A stretch of 64,000 nt of DNA from the NCBI GenBank assembly GCA_965153285.1, contig OZ229112.1, one strand, 5' to 3'. The translations under genes were made by a program, and so were the position numbers. Source of the stretch: Podarcis tiliguerta (Eukaryota). Position 1 is the first letter of the stretch, and every line of letters begins with the position of its first letter. The notes under the pieces are model-generated. The model was not told the origin of the DNA and did not search any database. It worked only from the letters and a program-made list of their open reading frames with translations. Of the stretch, positions 1 through 13,117 are shown one piece after another.

Positions 1-859
1 ACTAGAGAACTGTCTCCAGCAGATTATGTCAAGAGAGCTGAAATCACAAACCCCACGTCACAACAGAAACAATTTATCTTAACTGCAATGAAGTGATGCT
101 CTTCAGTTTATATTATTAAATGTCATGGCATTTGCTTTCAGGACACAGTCAACCTTTGCAGAATAAACTTTAAAGAGAGCTTCTGCCAAAGAGTCTTCAA
201 AGAGCATGGGCAATCATCTCGTGCCAACCTCTTTGTGAGAAGGGTTACAGGTAATTCGATTTCACTAGAAACCAGTGTATATTGTTGCATGCAGTTTTTG
301 GGGAGCAGGCTGTATGCCAAGACCCTTCTATTGCCTGGGCCCCTCTTCTAGTTCTAGGAATGGCCAAGCTAGCTTGCTGGTGAGGTGATGGAGCATTAAG
401 GAGAACAAAGGGAGTGGCTCTGTGGAAGAAGGCAAATGGGTGGTGCCCCCTCCCACAACTCGCAGATTGTTAGGAAGACAAAGACAGAGTTTAGAGTGGA
501 AAGTTTTGACTGATGTGAGCTAGAAGCAAAGCAACAAGCTGGAGAGGGGTGGTGGTGGTTTTTTATTTCTGTTTGAATCCAAGGCTGCAGCTAGGCTCTG
601 TTGGGGTATTAATGCTGTGAACCTCTCCATCGTAGGCTCAAATTCTATATATGTGTAACAAAAATAATCATATATCTTTAAAAATGCCCCAATCTCCGAG
701 TGGCGTGAGATTCCAGGGCTTCCGGGCCCTTACCCAGGGTTTGTGTCTCCTTTGGAATGAGGGACAGTAGAAACTGTCAACAACTCCTTTCCACAAATTA
801 TTTCTCATAGTCTGAGACGCACCTGCCAAACAGACCAAGCTAGACAGAGTGCATTCAAC

Positions 860-1345
860 CAATTTTTTGAAACTCAAACCTACACCAATACCTAAAATGA
901 AACAAACAGTTAAACCCATGTTGAATAAAAATAAATCAGTGCATACCCTCCCAGGCTGGATCCCAAGTCACAATTCTTATAAAATTTAACTTAAACATTA
1001 ACATCCTTAAATCTTCACTTTATGAAATTAAACATATTAATTCATCACTTAGCATAAATAAAATCCTAAGCCAATTAAGTATCTGCAAGCTGTTTTCAGT
1101 TAATTTAACTTATCATATTTAACTAAATAATCATTAAATTTAATCCACTCTTCCTGATACTCCTCCTCCTTCTGGTCGCGGCCTCTTCCGGTTAGGTCGG
1201 CTAGCTCCGAAAAATCCATCATCTTCATCTGCCATTCTTCTATTGTTGGTAATTCTTGGGTTTTCCGCTTTTTAGCTGACAAAATACGAGCAGCAGTTGT
1301 GGCATACAAAAATAATTTAACATCTTCAGAATAGCCTTCCAAAAT
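860..1345 (-). mobile_element. L1-type LINE 3' fragment
   Basis: ORF2 C-terminus LFLYATTAARIL...PTIEEWQMKM...ELADLT, the same motif family as the copies at 5.1-6.6 kb and 28.3-29.3 kb. Confidence 0.75.
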
Positions 1346-2312
1346 ATACCACTAATCTTTTTGGAAATGTACTTGAGGAATACATGAAGAAATATATTAT
1401 CCAAGGTGAAATCGTCATCTTAAGTGTATTAACATTACTCTGTTCCACTGCTAGTGAGGTATGTCAAATTAACATCAAACTATGGAAAGTGAAAGCCCCG
1501 CTGGTATTTCTAGCAGTAAAACAGGGCCAAAGTGTTAAGAGTGAACATAGCGTGTACCTATATCATGTGAAGGAAACAGTGTGGTTTGTTCCGTCTTCAT
1601 TATGAAAAGGGACGGCTTGCCACCTAGTGGAGATGGATTTTACTACAGTATGATGCACAAGTTACTGTAAATTAAAATCTTAATGACATTCTATATATAA
1701 CTTGATGGGAAGATGCATTTGTTGTCTGGCGCCTTGCCTGCAGCTATAGCTTAATTTAAAAACCGACTTGGCTTTTATAGTTGCTGTTCCTGTTTTATTT
1801 GTTCTATTTCATTTTGATTTGAAATAATAATAATTATTAGGTTAATCCCTTGGATTCTTGGATGAAAGGATAAGAAGTCATTCTCTTGAAGATTGCCCAT
1901 ATACATTTATATTTCCATAACCTTGTCAGTTATGAATATTAGATGTTTAGTATTAAATTTCATTGTTCCATAACAGCAGTGCACTAACTCATTTGAATAC
2001 CCACTCTCTTGCTGCTAACAGTTTTAATAAATTGGAGCTTTTGGTAATAGATGGTGATGTGTTACTGGCCAACTGACCAAATGTCATTTTGAGTGGGAAA
2101 ATGACCAACACTTACAAATACCCTCTGAGTTGTTTCTTCCTTCTCCCTTCCTGTTGCACCCCAGTGTACTCTCTTGAGGGTTGGAAAGCCCTCTGGAACA
2201 GAATTATCTGTAATCAATGACAATTGAAAAGCCCACCCTCCTTTCAGGATCAGAATTGCCTTTCTGGTCACATAGTGCATCTTTGGTTTAAAGTGATAGT
2301 ACTGTATGCAAA

Positions 2313-2817
2313 CCTAGATTGCATCTTAAAAAGTAGAGACATCACCTTGCCAACAAAGGTCCGTATAGTAAAAGCTATGGTTTTCCCAGTAGTGATGTAT
2401 GGAAGTGAGAGCTGGACCATAAAGAAGGCTGATCGCCGAATAATTGATGCTTTTGAATTATGGTGCTGGAGGAGACTCTTGAGAGTCCCATGGACTGCAA
2501 GAAGATTGAACCTATCCATTCTTAAGGAAATCAGCCCTGAGTGCTCACTGGAAGGACAGATCGTGAAGCTGAGGCTCCAATACTTTGGCCACCTCATGAG
2601 AAGAAAAGACACCCTGGAAAAGACCCTGATGTTGGGAAAGATGGAGGGCACAAGGAGAAGGGGACGACAGAGGACGAGATGGTTGGCTGGTGTTCTCGAA
2701 GCTACCAGCATGAGCTTGACCAAACTGCGGGAAGCAGTGGAAGACAGGAGTGCCTGGCGTGCTCTGGTCCATGGGGTCACGAAGAGTCGGACACGACTAA
2801 ACGACTAAACAACAACA
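2313..2817 (+). mobile_element. Bov-B (RTE clade) LINE, 5'-truncated 3' end
   Basis: ORF ...RDITLPTKVRIVKAMVFPVVMYGSESWTIKKA...HGVTKSRTRLND; (AAC)n tail; 12-bp TSD actgtatgcaaa at 2301-2312 and 2818-2829. Confidence 0.95.
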
Positions 2818-5119
2818 ACTGTATGCAAAACACTTTCAGTTATTATTGTAGGGAATCCATTGGGATGGATTCAGCTAACAAGCGCTGCTAGTGGAAGTGT
2901 GCCCAAAGACCTTCTAGTAGTGCAATAGGGCTTTTCCCCCTGCCGCCCCCAAATTAGCTCTGTGGGGATCAGGAGAACTCAGCCCAGGGGGAAAAAGAGA
3001 GTTGGGTTTTTTTTAAGTCTGGCAAGCTGAAATGCTTGCCCTGAGAGAAAGATTTCCTGAGAGAATGAATTCCTCCCATTCTTAAAAATTGTGATAAATT
3101 CAAATGAAAGAGCAGACTAGCATAAAAGGAAACAAATGCGTGTTAAAACTGCAAACACGTAGATCACTTTCTCATTCTCACCCCACCCCCAGTTTTCTAT
3201 TAACTGCAGACTTCATTCCATTGCTTACCATGAAATAATGTAATCCACCAATCCAATAACTCTAGGAAATAGAGAGGAAAGATTGCAGCACTTGAAATTA
3301 GTGAAGGAACACAGAATATAGTAGTCGACACACATCCAGACTCAAACAGGTATGGAAACCTGAAAGGCTACGTGGTTAATTACACCTATCAACACTAAAC
3401 CTGTGATGCCTTCTCAAAGGGTTTAAATCCTAGAGCTCAGTCAGTAGAAAAAGCTTGATGTGATCAGGGAAATTTATTTATTTTTGCATTCATTCCTTCA
3501 GTTTATATCTATCTTCATCAATCGCATTGATGCCAAGAGTACATCTTAACTGCTTTATCTAAAACATCAAGTAAAGCCCAATGGTTGGCAATAGAAAAAA
3601 TAAGATTGTAGCAGCTCATTACCAGTGGTCAGTAGAGGATTTATCCAGTACATTCATTGAACAAATAATTAAACTGAACAACTACTCTGGGGCACCTGCA
3701 GAGACAAGATAGTCTGACATATTATTAATGACATTTCAACAGCACAAAAGGCAAGGCAGTTTGCTGTAATGTTGCATATATTGATTTTGTAATGCACACA
3801 GCAAAGCCATTTGCCAACTAAATTTCACGTCTGAATCCTCGCACGTGAAGAACATATTTGTATTCTGAAGTTTAAACATGCCTCATCTTCCATGTCACTT
3901 GCCAAAACATAGCATTCAATTCTTTCCCAGCCATTATCAGATGAATGACTCCTGAGAAAAGATGTTTGAACCTGATACACAAAGCAAATCTATGAAACAT
4001 GACGTGTTAAGGAAAAGGCTGGTGTGAACATGTACAAAATCATATTAGGATATTAAAGGAGACAAGGAGCTGATGCCATTATAAACCTAAAAGCATTTTC
4101 TGCAATGAAACAGGCTTCCGTTTATGTTGCTCAAAAGTGATGACCTTCTGATTTTGACCTTGTATTTCAAGCAGCAAGAGGACAGCTGTGATTTCTAGAG
4201 CAGAACCTCTATTGGAAGAACATGCTGTTATTTGTGCCTTTTGCTGCTCTTACCTGTGAATGAGTTGTACCTGTTGCTGCTCTTATCTGTGAATGAGTTA
4301 GTTTAAATGGTATCATATGAAGACTCTTAACCTGATCTGCCTATATGTCATCCTCTAATCTGTAAATTACATGGAATGTGTGTGCTCATTTTACATCCTA
4401 CCAGTGACAGGAAAACCCTCCTCATCAGAAATGGGAACTAGCTTTTACAAATCCCATGAAGTTCAGACAAAAGTGTCTAAGGGCATCACATCAGACATCA
4501 TCATATCAAACGTGGGTCTCCAGCTGTTGTTGGACTGCAACTCCCATCATCCCTGACCACTGGTCTTGCTAGTTAGGGATAATGGGTGGGATGAATGTTT
4601 CAGAAGAACAAAGGAAGAGCTCTGCTATATCAGACCAAAGACCCACCTAGCCTAGGGCCTGTGGCCAACTAGATGCCTATGGGAAGCCCAAAAGCTGGCC
4701 ACGGGACAATAATAGCCCTTGTTTTCTGCTGTTGCTCAGTTACAGAGCCCAGAATAAAGATCTTCCTTAGGATGCATTCAGATGTGAGGGTGATTGTGTT
4801 AGTTCTCCTGATAACAATGCTAACACATATATCCTGGATTCTCACATTCCTTTTACAGTGCCTTACCTGTTGTGTTATGAAACTGTGGCTTTTCGATCAA
4901 CGTACAGTCATATTGTGTTAAATTTTAAATGGCTGGAAGGAACTGTGTGCTGAAAGACCACCCCAAAATTAATAATGTGGAACTATAAAACTCCCACAAT
5001 TTTCTCAGATAACAGGATTACAGACGGATCTTTTTTTCTGGGAGCAAATGACATGGAAAGGAGTGCCAAATTTCAGCTAGTTTTCAAGAAGTAGTTTGAT
5101 GTTGGGTGAAAGATCATTT

Positions 5120-6620
5120 GGAAATTATGCTAAAAGATCGGGAAAACTTATGGAATGTAAATTTGAAATTTACAGCCAGCTATAGCATAAGAGAGAACAT
5201 GATGAAAATGGCCCATAGACCTCACTCCTTCCAGATTATCAAGAATGTATAAAAATTTGGCAAATGCTTGTTGGAGATGTGGAGGAAATAACGGTGACAT
5301 GATGCACATGTGGTGGATGTGTGAAAAGATTATGACTTTTTTGGGGGAAATATACGATGAATTAAAAAAGATGATGGGGATAACTTTTACTTAAAAACCG
5401 GAGGCATTTCTGTTAAGTATTTTAGACAAAGAGATCCCAAAAAATTCAAGAGAGTTATTCTTGTATGCAACTGCAGCGGCTCGAATACTCATTGCTAAGG
5501 GATGGAAATATCAGGAGGCTCCAAAAATAATAGATTGGCAAATTAAATTACAGGAATTTGTGGAGATGGCTCAATTGACTAGCAAACTCAGAGAAACTGA
5601 TGACTAGACTTTATTTGCATAGCCAACAGGCCATAGCATCAAAGGACAAACACCAACAGGAATACATTACAAATATAGTTAAAATCTTGTGACCTATTAA
5701 AACCCTAGGTAAATTAATAATCTCAGTACTTAAAACTTGGCAGAAGTAATAAAATAATGATAATAAAACATAATGATAATAATCATAAAAACCTAGGCGA
5801 GGAATCCGGGTGACCACACTGATATCATTTAGATACCAGCTCTCAGTCTCATTGCTCTCTCGATAAATTTGGCAACCTTCTCTGTTGTCGAGCTGTTCTG
5901 GTTGGCTAGAAGTGAGAACAATTTGGCTTCGCAAGAGCGGCCGGGGATGGCAGATAGGAGCGGCGTAATGGTCTCGTCCCTGAGATCTTTATATAGGGAG
6001 CAAGACAAGAGAACGTGTGACGCCGTCTCTACATAGCCAGCTCCACAGGGGCAGAGCCGGTTCTCAAATGGAATTTTTTGATATCTACCTTCAAGAACAG
6101 CTGACAGTAACATATTTAGTCTGGCCAAACTCAGAGAAAACTCAAAGCAAAAATTTGCAGGGGAAATGGGATGGTTATAGAAGATATGTTCAAAAATACA
6201 ATAATAGTTTTGACTCCGTGCTAGCGTTCGAGTGATAAAGGAAGTAAAAGGAGGTGGACAACAATTAAGGATTTATTATGTTTTCTAAATGTATTGGAAA
6301 ATCTATATAGAAAGGTTTATTGTTTTGTGTACATTCAACTGTAAGATAAAACATATGCGAAGGGACTTGACAGGAAGTCAGAATTGAAGAAAAGATTTTG
6401 TAAGATAAAAGGGGAAAAATATTTATTTTCATTATTGTTGTTGTTGTTGTTGGGCAGGTGTGTGTTTTGTATGGAATCTGGGAGGAAATAAGATAGTAAA
6501 TAACAAATAAACAAAATATTGGTGTATGTAATTTTTATTTCTCAATTATATTTTGTGGTAGTATGGTTGTAATATTTTTTGTAACATAAAATCATTCAAT
6601 AAAAAATATTTTTTTAAAAA
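5120..6620 (+). mobile_element. L1-type LINE 3' fragment, split by a nested LINE
   Basis: Degenerate ORF2 end (CWRCGG...HMWWMC, LFLYATAAARILIAKGWK); resumes after 6126 to a stop at 6235; AATAAA/A-rich tail near 6600. Confidence 0.8.
5597..6125 (-). mobile_element. Non-LTR retroelement 3' end (RTE-X-like CCHC knuckle; clade tentative)
   Basis: GRYQKIPFENRLCPCGAGYVETASHVLLSCSLYKDLR; AATAAA near its 3' end; 14-bp TSD caaactcagagaaa at 5583-5596 and 6126-6139. Confidence 0.8.
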
Positions 6621-8255
6621 AGTAAGAGCATATGGAAATTGTCAGGTAAGGAAATATGGAATAAAGTGCTGTCTGAAAGCAACCTTCTTTTTACATTTAA
6701 AAGTGTGTATTTCATTAAACGCAGGAAAGAGTAATACGCAAGCCTTGCTTGGCTGAATGAACTCTCAGTATCTTTGTAAATATCAGAAAGTCTATCATCA
6801 TTGCTCCTAGCACATTATGAGGACAAACCACTAAATGTTAGTCCAAAGTACTCACAATTAGAGTTGGTTAAGTATTGAGAATGCTTCATGGGAATGGTTA
6901 TCTTTGAAGTCAAATCAGCTTTTTGGCAAACATGAGAACATACAACTGCTTCATTCAGTTTTCTGTCCATCTCTCTCCCACTCCTAAACATGTGTATGTT
7001 CTCACCAGTGATTTATATTATTTGCAAGGGATAATAATAGGTATACGTCAACCTCCCTTCCTTAAATATCTGTTCCCAGTCTCTAAATTGTTTGGTGTCT
7101 TCCAAGTCCAACAATATTTTGTTCTTCTCTATAATTTACTGTACTTTGAACGAACATTCACCAAATTATATTGTGCTAGTTAGCTACTGTAACTTGTTTA
7201 ATGCTTACAGAACATTGTGCTATTGTTAGGAAGTTCACAAATAAATGATAGGCTTTCACTCCTCTTGATCCTCCTAGCTTCTAGAGTTTGTCTAGACTAG
7301 ACCAAAAAAAAGTATTCAGATTTGCATAAAATTTGCATCAGCTAATTTAGATGCAAATTTAGAAATAATTGCTATAATTTAAATAGAAATACACCTCACC
7401 ATAGTGGGGAAGACTGTGATCAGGTGATCTGTGTACCTACTTCATCCAAGTAGGAAATTTCAAGGCCCCTGAATTTGGATGGGTCAGTCCTTCACATAGA
7501 GGACTGTGCTCTGTAAAAGACATTTATACCTCTGATACAAATGACATCAGCCTGAGCAAGGTAGTCTGTTGCCTGCACTGTGATACCAAAGGCACTTTCA
7601 GTAATCACAGCAGGTAATTCATCCATCTCCAACAGCAAAGGTTTATCTTGGAGAACTATGTCTTGGGTATACAATTGTGTGCTTTGCATGCTGGGAAAAT
7701 GTAATAAGCAGAAGCACAACCATGAGGAGAGATGTGAAGCCATTACACATTTCCTGACACGACAATCCCTCAAGAACCTCTTAGACCTCCAGGAAACTGT
7801 CCTAAACATTGATTAAGAGGATGCAAAAATAGTGTTTCCCTGGTAAATTTTAAACATACTTTCATGCCCCTGGTCCATTAAACCAATAATGAATTTTATT
7901 CATACTGTGATGACTCAGACTTGACAGGATACGAATAAGTGATGACTCCTATACAATATATATTTTGATGTAAGGTTTCATTTATAATGCAACTGAGAGC
8001 ACCAGTCTCCCAAAACGTTTCCCCGAGGGTGTTTTCCCCACAACAGCTATCAAGTCTTTTTTTTCTTCTTTTAGATTTTTCTTCTTTTTTCTTCTTCTTT
8101 TAGATTTAAGTAGACTTTTCATTTTTAAAAATACATTGTGTTGTGAGGTGGTGAGTGGCTGTCCAGGTGCAGTCCTGATTTGTATATTATCTATGCAAGT
8201 ACTAAGAAATTAGTCTCACCAAATTATATTTGCTTAATGCGTTCATCAACACAAC

Positions 8256-8599
8256 AAGGGACCCATGACCGTTAGGTCCAGTCGCGGATGACTCCAGGGT
8301 TGTGGCGCTCATTTTGCTTTACTGGCCGAGGGAGGCGGTGTACAGCTTCCGGGTCATGTGGCCAGCATGACTAAGCCGCTTCTGGTGAACCAGAGTAGTG
8401 CACGGAAACACCATTTACCTTCCCGTCAGAGCGGTACCTATTTCTCTACTTGCACTTTGATGTGCTTTCGAACTGCTAGGTTGTCAGGAGCAGGGACCGA
8501 GCAACGGGAGTTCACCCCGTCACGGGTATTCAAACCGCCGACCTTCCAATCAGCAAGCCCTAGGCTCTGTGGTTTAGACCACAGTACCACCCGCATCAC
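8256..8599 (-). mobile_element. Sauria SINE
   Basis: Reverse complement of the head (gcgggtggtactgtgg), core and Bov-B-like tail seen in the other copies. Confidence 0.92.
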
Positions 8600-8997
8600 A
8601 ATATTGGCCTGTAAATGTGGACATATGATGGTATCTGCTGGTAATATTCTATTCCTCACTTAGAAACCTCAAGGGCCTCAGAGAGGGGCTGAAATTGCTA
8701 GTGAAGAACTCATGCACAAGGGATTTCACACTTAGATGCTGCGGTGCCCAAACAAAGAAAAAGGGCATCCATACCAATACAAAAGCCACTTTCTCACCTC
8801 ATGAAGCAGCAAAGCCGGTCAAAAACACAACACTGAAATATTAACATATATTTTCTCATTGGCCCAAAAATCCTGAAATGTAAAAATTAAATTAAGTGTA
8901 TCAGGGCTTAGGGTGCTTTTGCTTATGTTTTACAGTAAATGTGGAAACTAATGACTGAACCATCAAAAACCTGGGCAGGATTACAGAAAGAGCTTTT

Positions 8998-9090
8998 GTA
9001 ACCTAGCAACAAGTTACCTAGCAACAATGCAGGGTTTCAGCATGGGCGGAGATACGTTGGGCGGGGGGACAGATTGCTGACTATATAAGA
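8998..9090 (+). promoter_or_regulatory. Candidate RFX-type promoter (two X-boxes, two GC boxes, TATA)
   Basis: GTAACCTAGCAAC 8998-9010, GTTACCTAGCAAC 9013-9025, GGGCGG near 9044 and 9059, TATATAAG 9082-9089. Confidence 0.5.
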
Positions 9091-11052
9091 TGGGTGGGAA
9101 AATAGATTAAAGAATTGCTACAATCATTTACTTATTTGTCACATTTGCATTCACCTTTCAGCTGGAAGGCAGGTGTGCGTTCAGTCCACCATTATTGTTA
9201 TTTTTAAATCACATTATCTGCTCTCAGACAAATGCCTCAGAATGGGGTTTCACATGCTAGCACCACTCCATGTGTTGGGGAGGGTGCTTTAGTGCTTATG
9301 TTCTGTTTATTGGCTTTTCATGGGCATCTGGTTACCCACTGTGAGAACAGGACGCTGGAATAGATGGGCCCTTGCTCTGATCCAGCTCTTCTTATGCATT
9401 TACAGAACGTGTGCATCACAGTCTTGTTGCCGAGCAACAACGTGCAGAGCTTCTTAGAGTGGGAGGCCAGCCAACCAGAAGAGTCTCTGAGGAGTACTTG
9501 GCTGGAGGCAGAGTCAACATCCAAAATCAGGTCCAGTCCTAGGGTCTGGCGAGCAGCAATCTGCGTGTCAGGAAATCTGATGATCATGGGGTCAAGGGTT
9601 AAGACGAACAGGAAGCAGCAAGGTCGGGGCCAGGAACTACAAGCATTGTTTCCAGCATCCGACTGCTGCTCAAAGCTCTGCTTGAGAAGACTGAAGCCAG
9701 CTGGTTCTCAGCCGTGCTTGCTCCCCCTTTAGACTGCCGTTCAACAGGCGAAGCTGACTCCTGGCCCATGAGGTGGTAGCAGATCTACACATGCTGGCCT
9801 TGCCCCCGATATGCATGCATCTGTTGTTAGCATGAACGTGGTCTACATGGTGCCATGGCCCTGTGGGTAGACCCCTCAAGATCCCTAGATGAGGCAGGTG
9901 CCTCCAAGGAGGAGAACGATTGTGTGAGAAAGGGGCGTCCCATTAGCACCAAAAGCCCCTTGCGCTGAACCCTCAAGAGCCAGTCCTTCCACTGCCTCCA
10001 TGGTCTGAAGTGATTGCTTGGCTCTCCTCTTCTCCTTCTACACTATTCTGAAATCCTCAGGAGAACATGGAACCCCTCAACAATGCAACCACCAATGCCT
10101 GAGAAATCAAAGAGGGCCTCTGCCTCTTTCATATCTTTGAAGGCTTCCAGGAGGAGAGTTTGCCACTCTAAGGATGGCTCACTTTTATGAGCTCCAAATT
10201 TTTGTGGGAGCACTATCTACGCTTGCTAGGGAAGGACACTGCTATCCATCCTGGGACTTTGCCTTGTTCCACACTCCAAGATCTCAGAGATCCTTCTCTT
10301 TTATCCTTGCTGCTCTTCTAACTGTGCTGGGAACGAGACACTGTCTAAGGCCCTGCTCTGTCGCTTGACTTCATGCTTTGAACTTTCCACCTGGCCTACG
10401 AATTGTGCTTGGAGCAGGACTTTTGTGTACGGTTCTATGTACATAGGTTGTGCGTACTCGCATAAGTTGTGAGTTACCTGCCCTTTTTTTCCTTTTAGAG
10501 TGCATCCACACAAGCAGCCTACATTGACTGTTTAAAGTGAATAGTACATTATCAGGGTTGTTGTTTTTTTTTAAAATTAATATTTAAAATTATCCTGGGA
10601 TAAAAGATGCTTTATTTTTATTCTTGCAGCCACTCTTGGTTTGCATTCAGGTTACAGATTCCATTTTGCTAACATTAATTTTACAACACTGCCTAAAATC
10701 ACATTTTTCCAGGGTGCATAAAAAGGACTCCAAACATCATCATTGTTGCGTTTCTGACAATTTATGAATATTGTTAGATTTAATACTAAATAGATTTCTA
10801 AAGTTTGCTCTGTTATCATAAAAAAATGCCTCGTGTATTGAGGTGTTTGTCATGTTCAGGTAGCCAAATACCAATGATATGGTTTGTTGCCATGGAGATG
10901 GTCAGAGGCAGTGAGAGTAATACAATTCCATACACAATTTGCATGGGGAGGAGGCTTTTTATGTTTCTACAGTTGGAATTTCATTCCTAAATTAAAACTC
11001 TGAATATGGCAATCTTCGCCAAGGAACTTTGTGAGCATGTTGTGAACAGGGC

Positions 11053-11283
11053 TTCTAATCTGGTGAACCAGGTTCGCTTCCCCGCTCCTCCACATGCAGC
11101 TGCTGGGTGACCTTGGGCCAGTCACACTTCTCTGAAGTCTCTCAGCCCCACTCACCTCACAGAGTGTTTGTTGTGGGGGAGGAAGGGAAAGGAGATTGTT
11201 AGCCGCTTTGAGACTCCTTCGGGTAGTGATAAAGTGGGATATCAAATCCAAACTCCTCCTCCTCCTCTTCTTCTTCTTCTTCT
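11053..11283 (+). mobile_element. tRNA-derived SINE (Squam3-like) with (CTT)n tail
   Basis: B-box-like ggttcgcttccc, core gctgggtgaccttgggccagtcac, ends atcaaatccaaac(tcc/tct)n. Confidence 0.8.
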
Positions 11284-12864
11284 AACCAAAAAAGGGGATG
11301 GGGCAGGTGCATATTTCCTCAGACTTCTGCCAGCTGGGGCCCATGGAATCTGAATCCACTTTGCAGCCCAGTTCCTCTCTCGCCAGCTCTCCTCAGAAGA
11401 GATGAGATCAGGTCATGGGCAGCACAGCTTAACTAGTCACAGTTTCAGAGGAGTAGTTAGCATAGCAGCTACTCTAAGTCGGGCCCTTTACAGTGGTACT
11501 TCGGGATTTTTTCCCCAGTTTGGTTGTGTATTTTAAAATGTTTTATTTACTGCTTATGACTACTTTCATGTTGTGGTTATGCATTTTTCCCATGCTGTAA
11601 GCCACCTCGACCATGGTTTGAACTAAGGAAAGGTGGCATACAAATAAAGTTATGTATTTATACGTATCTGTGTATGTGTGTATTTCAGCTCTCCTATTTA
11701 CTTGAGGAAAAATGGATTTGGTCATTTTTTAAGTCACCCCAATACATCCATTATTTCTTCGACATCCTGTTCTCTAGTTCACTTATCTTTCCATCCATGC
11801 CCTGTGGTTCAGCAATGCTATTTTGCCATCCTTCCATCAATCACTGAAGAAACTAGCCACTTTGAAATGGACTTAAAACTGTTTTTCCCTACCACCCACA
11901 CACGATGCCTTCCATAATTTCTGTTCATTGCCATAGAAACCGCCACCTCTCTCTGGGATAATCAAGTTTGGCTGGGTGTTATAAATCTTATTTTCCTTTG
12001 CTACGTTACTTTTCAAATACAGAAAAACCTATGCAAGACTGTACTTTACATATGAAGTTCAACTAAATTTTGATAAATTTATAGTGCAGTCCTAATCATT
12101 TCTACCCAGAAAGAAATCTTATTGAATTCAATGGGTCTTATTCCCAGGTATATGAGGCTAGGATTGAAGCCTGATAAATCGATGTTGTTTACTCTTGATA
12201 CCTAAGCGTGAGTTAAAGCGAGCAAGACTTGTAGAGTTTTTAGGGGATTTTTACCGCAACGTTTCAGGAGCACCCTAAGAATACTGGCAAGCATATTGGA
12301 GCCCTCAAGTGCCACGTTGGCAACCCCAACTTAATGCAGACATCAGTTTCTGCTTTCACCCCTCTCTCCCACCACCTGACACAGGTTGCTTCAACTTGCA
12401 ACACAACAAAATACTATTGTAATGCCTTATAACTATGAGGGCATGTGTGTTTATCTACAGGTACATAAAATTTGCTTGTTGCTGCTAGAAAAAATCGCAA
12501 GTCACTCTTTGGAGCTATTTCAAAAACTATCAACTAAGCAACAGCTAAAGTCAGTTCAGATCATGTCAGCCAGTAGTTAAACAAACCACGCGAAAGCTCT
12601 TCTAAATATTAGATACCATATCATAAAGAAACAGAAGCAGGGGCCCACTTGTCAGCAAAAAAAGAGAATACAACCTTTGAGACAAAGACTATCTTTTAAG
12701 AGAAGATGTTTGCACAGTATTGATTTTGTGATTTTCACAAATGAGCTACACCGAATTCCAAAGCTCAGGGTAAATTGTGCTTTTTAAAAAAGAAAGAGGG
12801 AGTGGGAAAAAGCAAAGTGTGCAGAATACGTTATTTATTCTAGCCTTGCTTGATGTTGAGGAGA

Positions 12865-13117
12865 GGAGGAGGAGGAGGAGGAGGAGGAAGAAGAAGAAGA
12901 AGAAGAAGAAGAAGAAGAAGAAGAAGAAGAGTTTGGATTTGATATCCTGCTTTATCACTACCCGAAGGAGTCTCAAAGCGGCTAACATTCTCCTTCCCCT
13001 TCCTTCCCCTACAACAAACACTCTGTGAGGTGAGTGAGGCTGAGAGACTTCAAAGAAGTGTGACTGGCCCAAGGTCACCCAGCAGCTGCATGTGGAGGAG
13101 CCGAGACACGAACCCGG
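12865..13117 (-). mobile_element. tRNA-derived SINE (Squam3-like) with (CTT)n tail
   Basis: Near-exact reverse complement of 11053-11283; the (AGG)n(AAG)n run is its tail. Confidence 0.8.

Noticed and set aside
330-720. Possible LTR remnants here and at about 9400-9990
   Set aside because: LTR-like texture only; no definable termini, TSD or internal coding sequence
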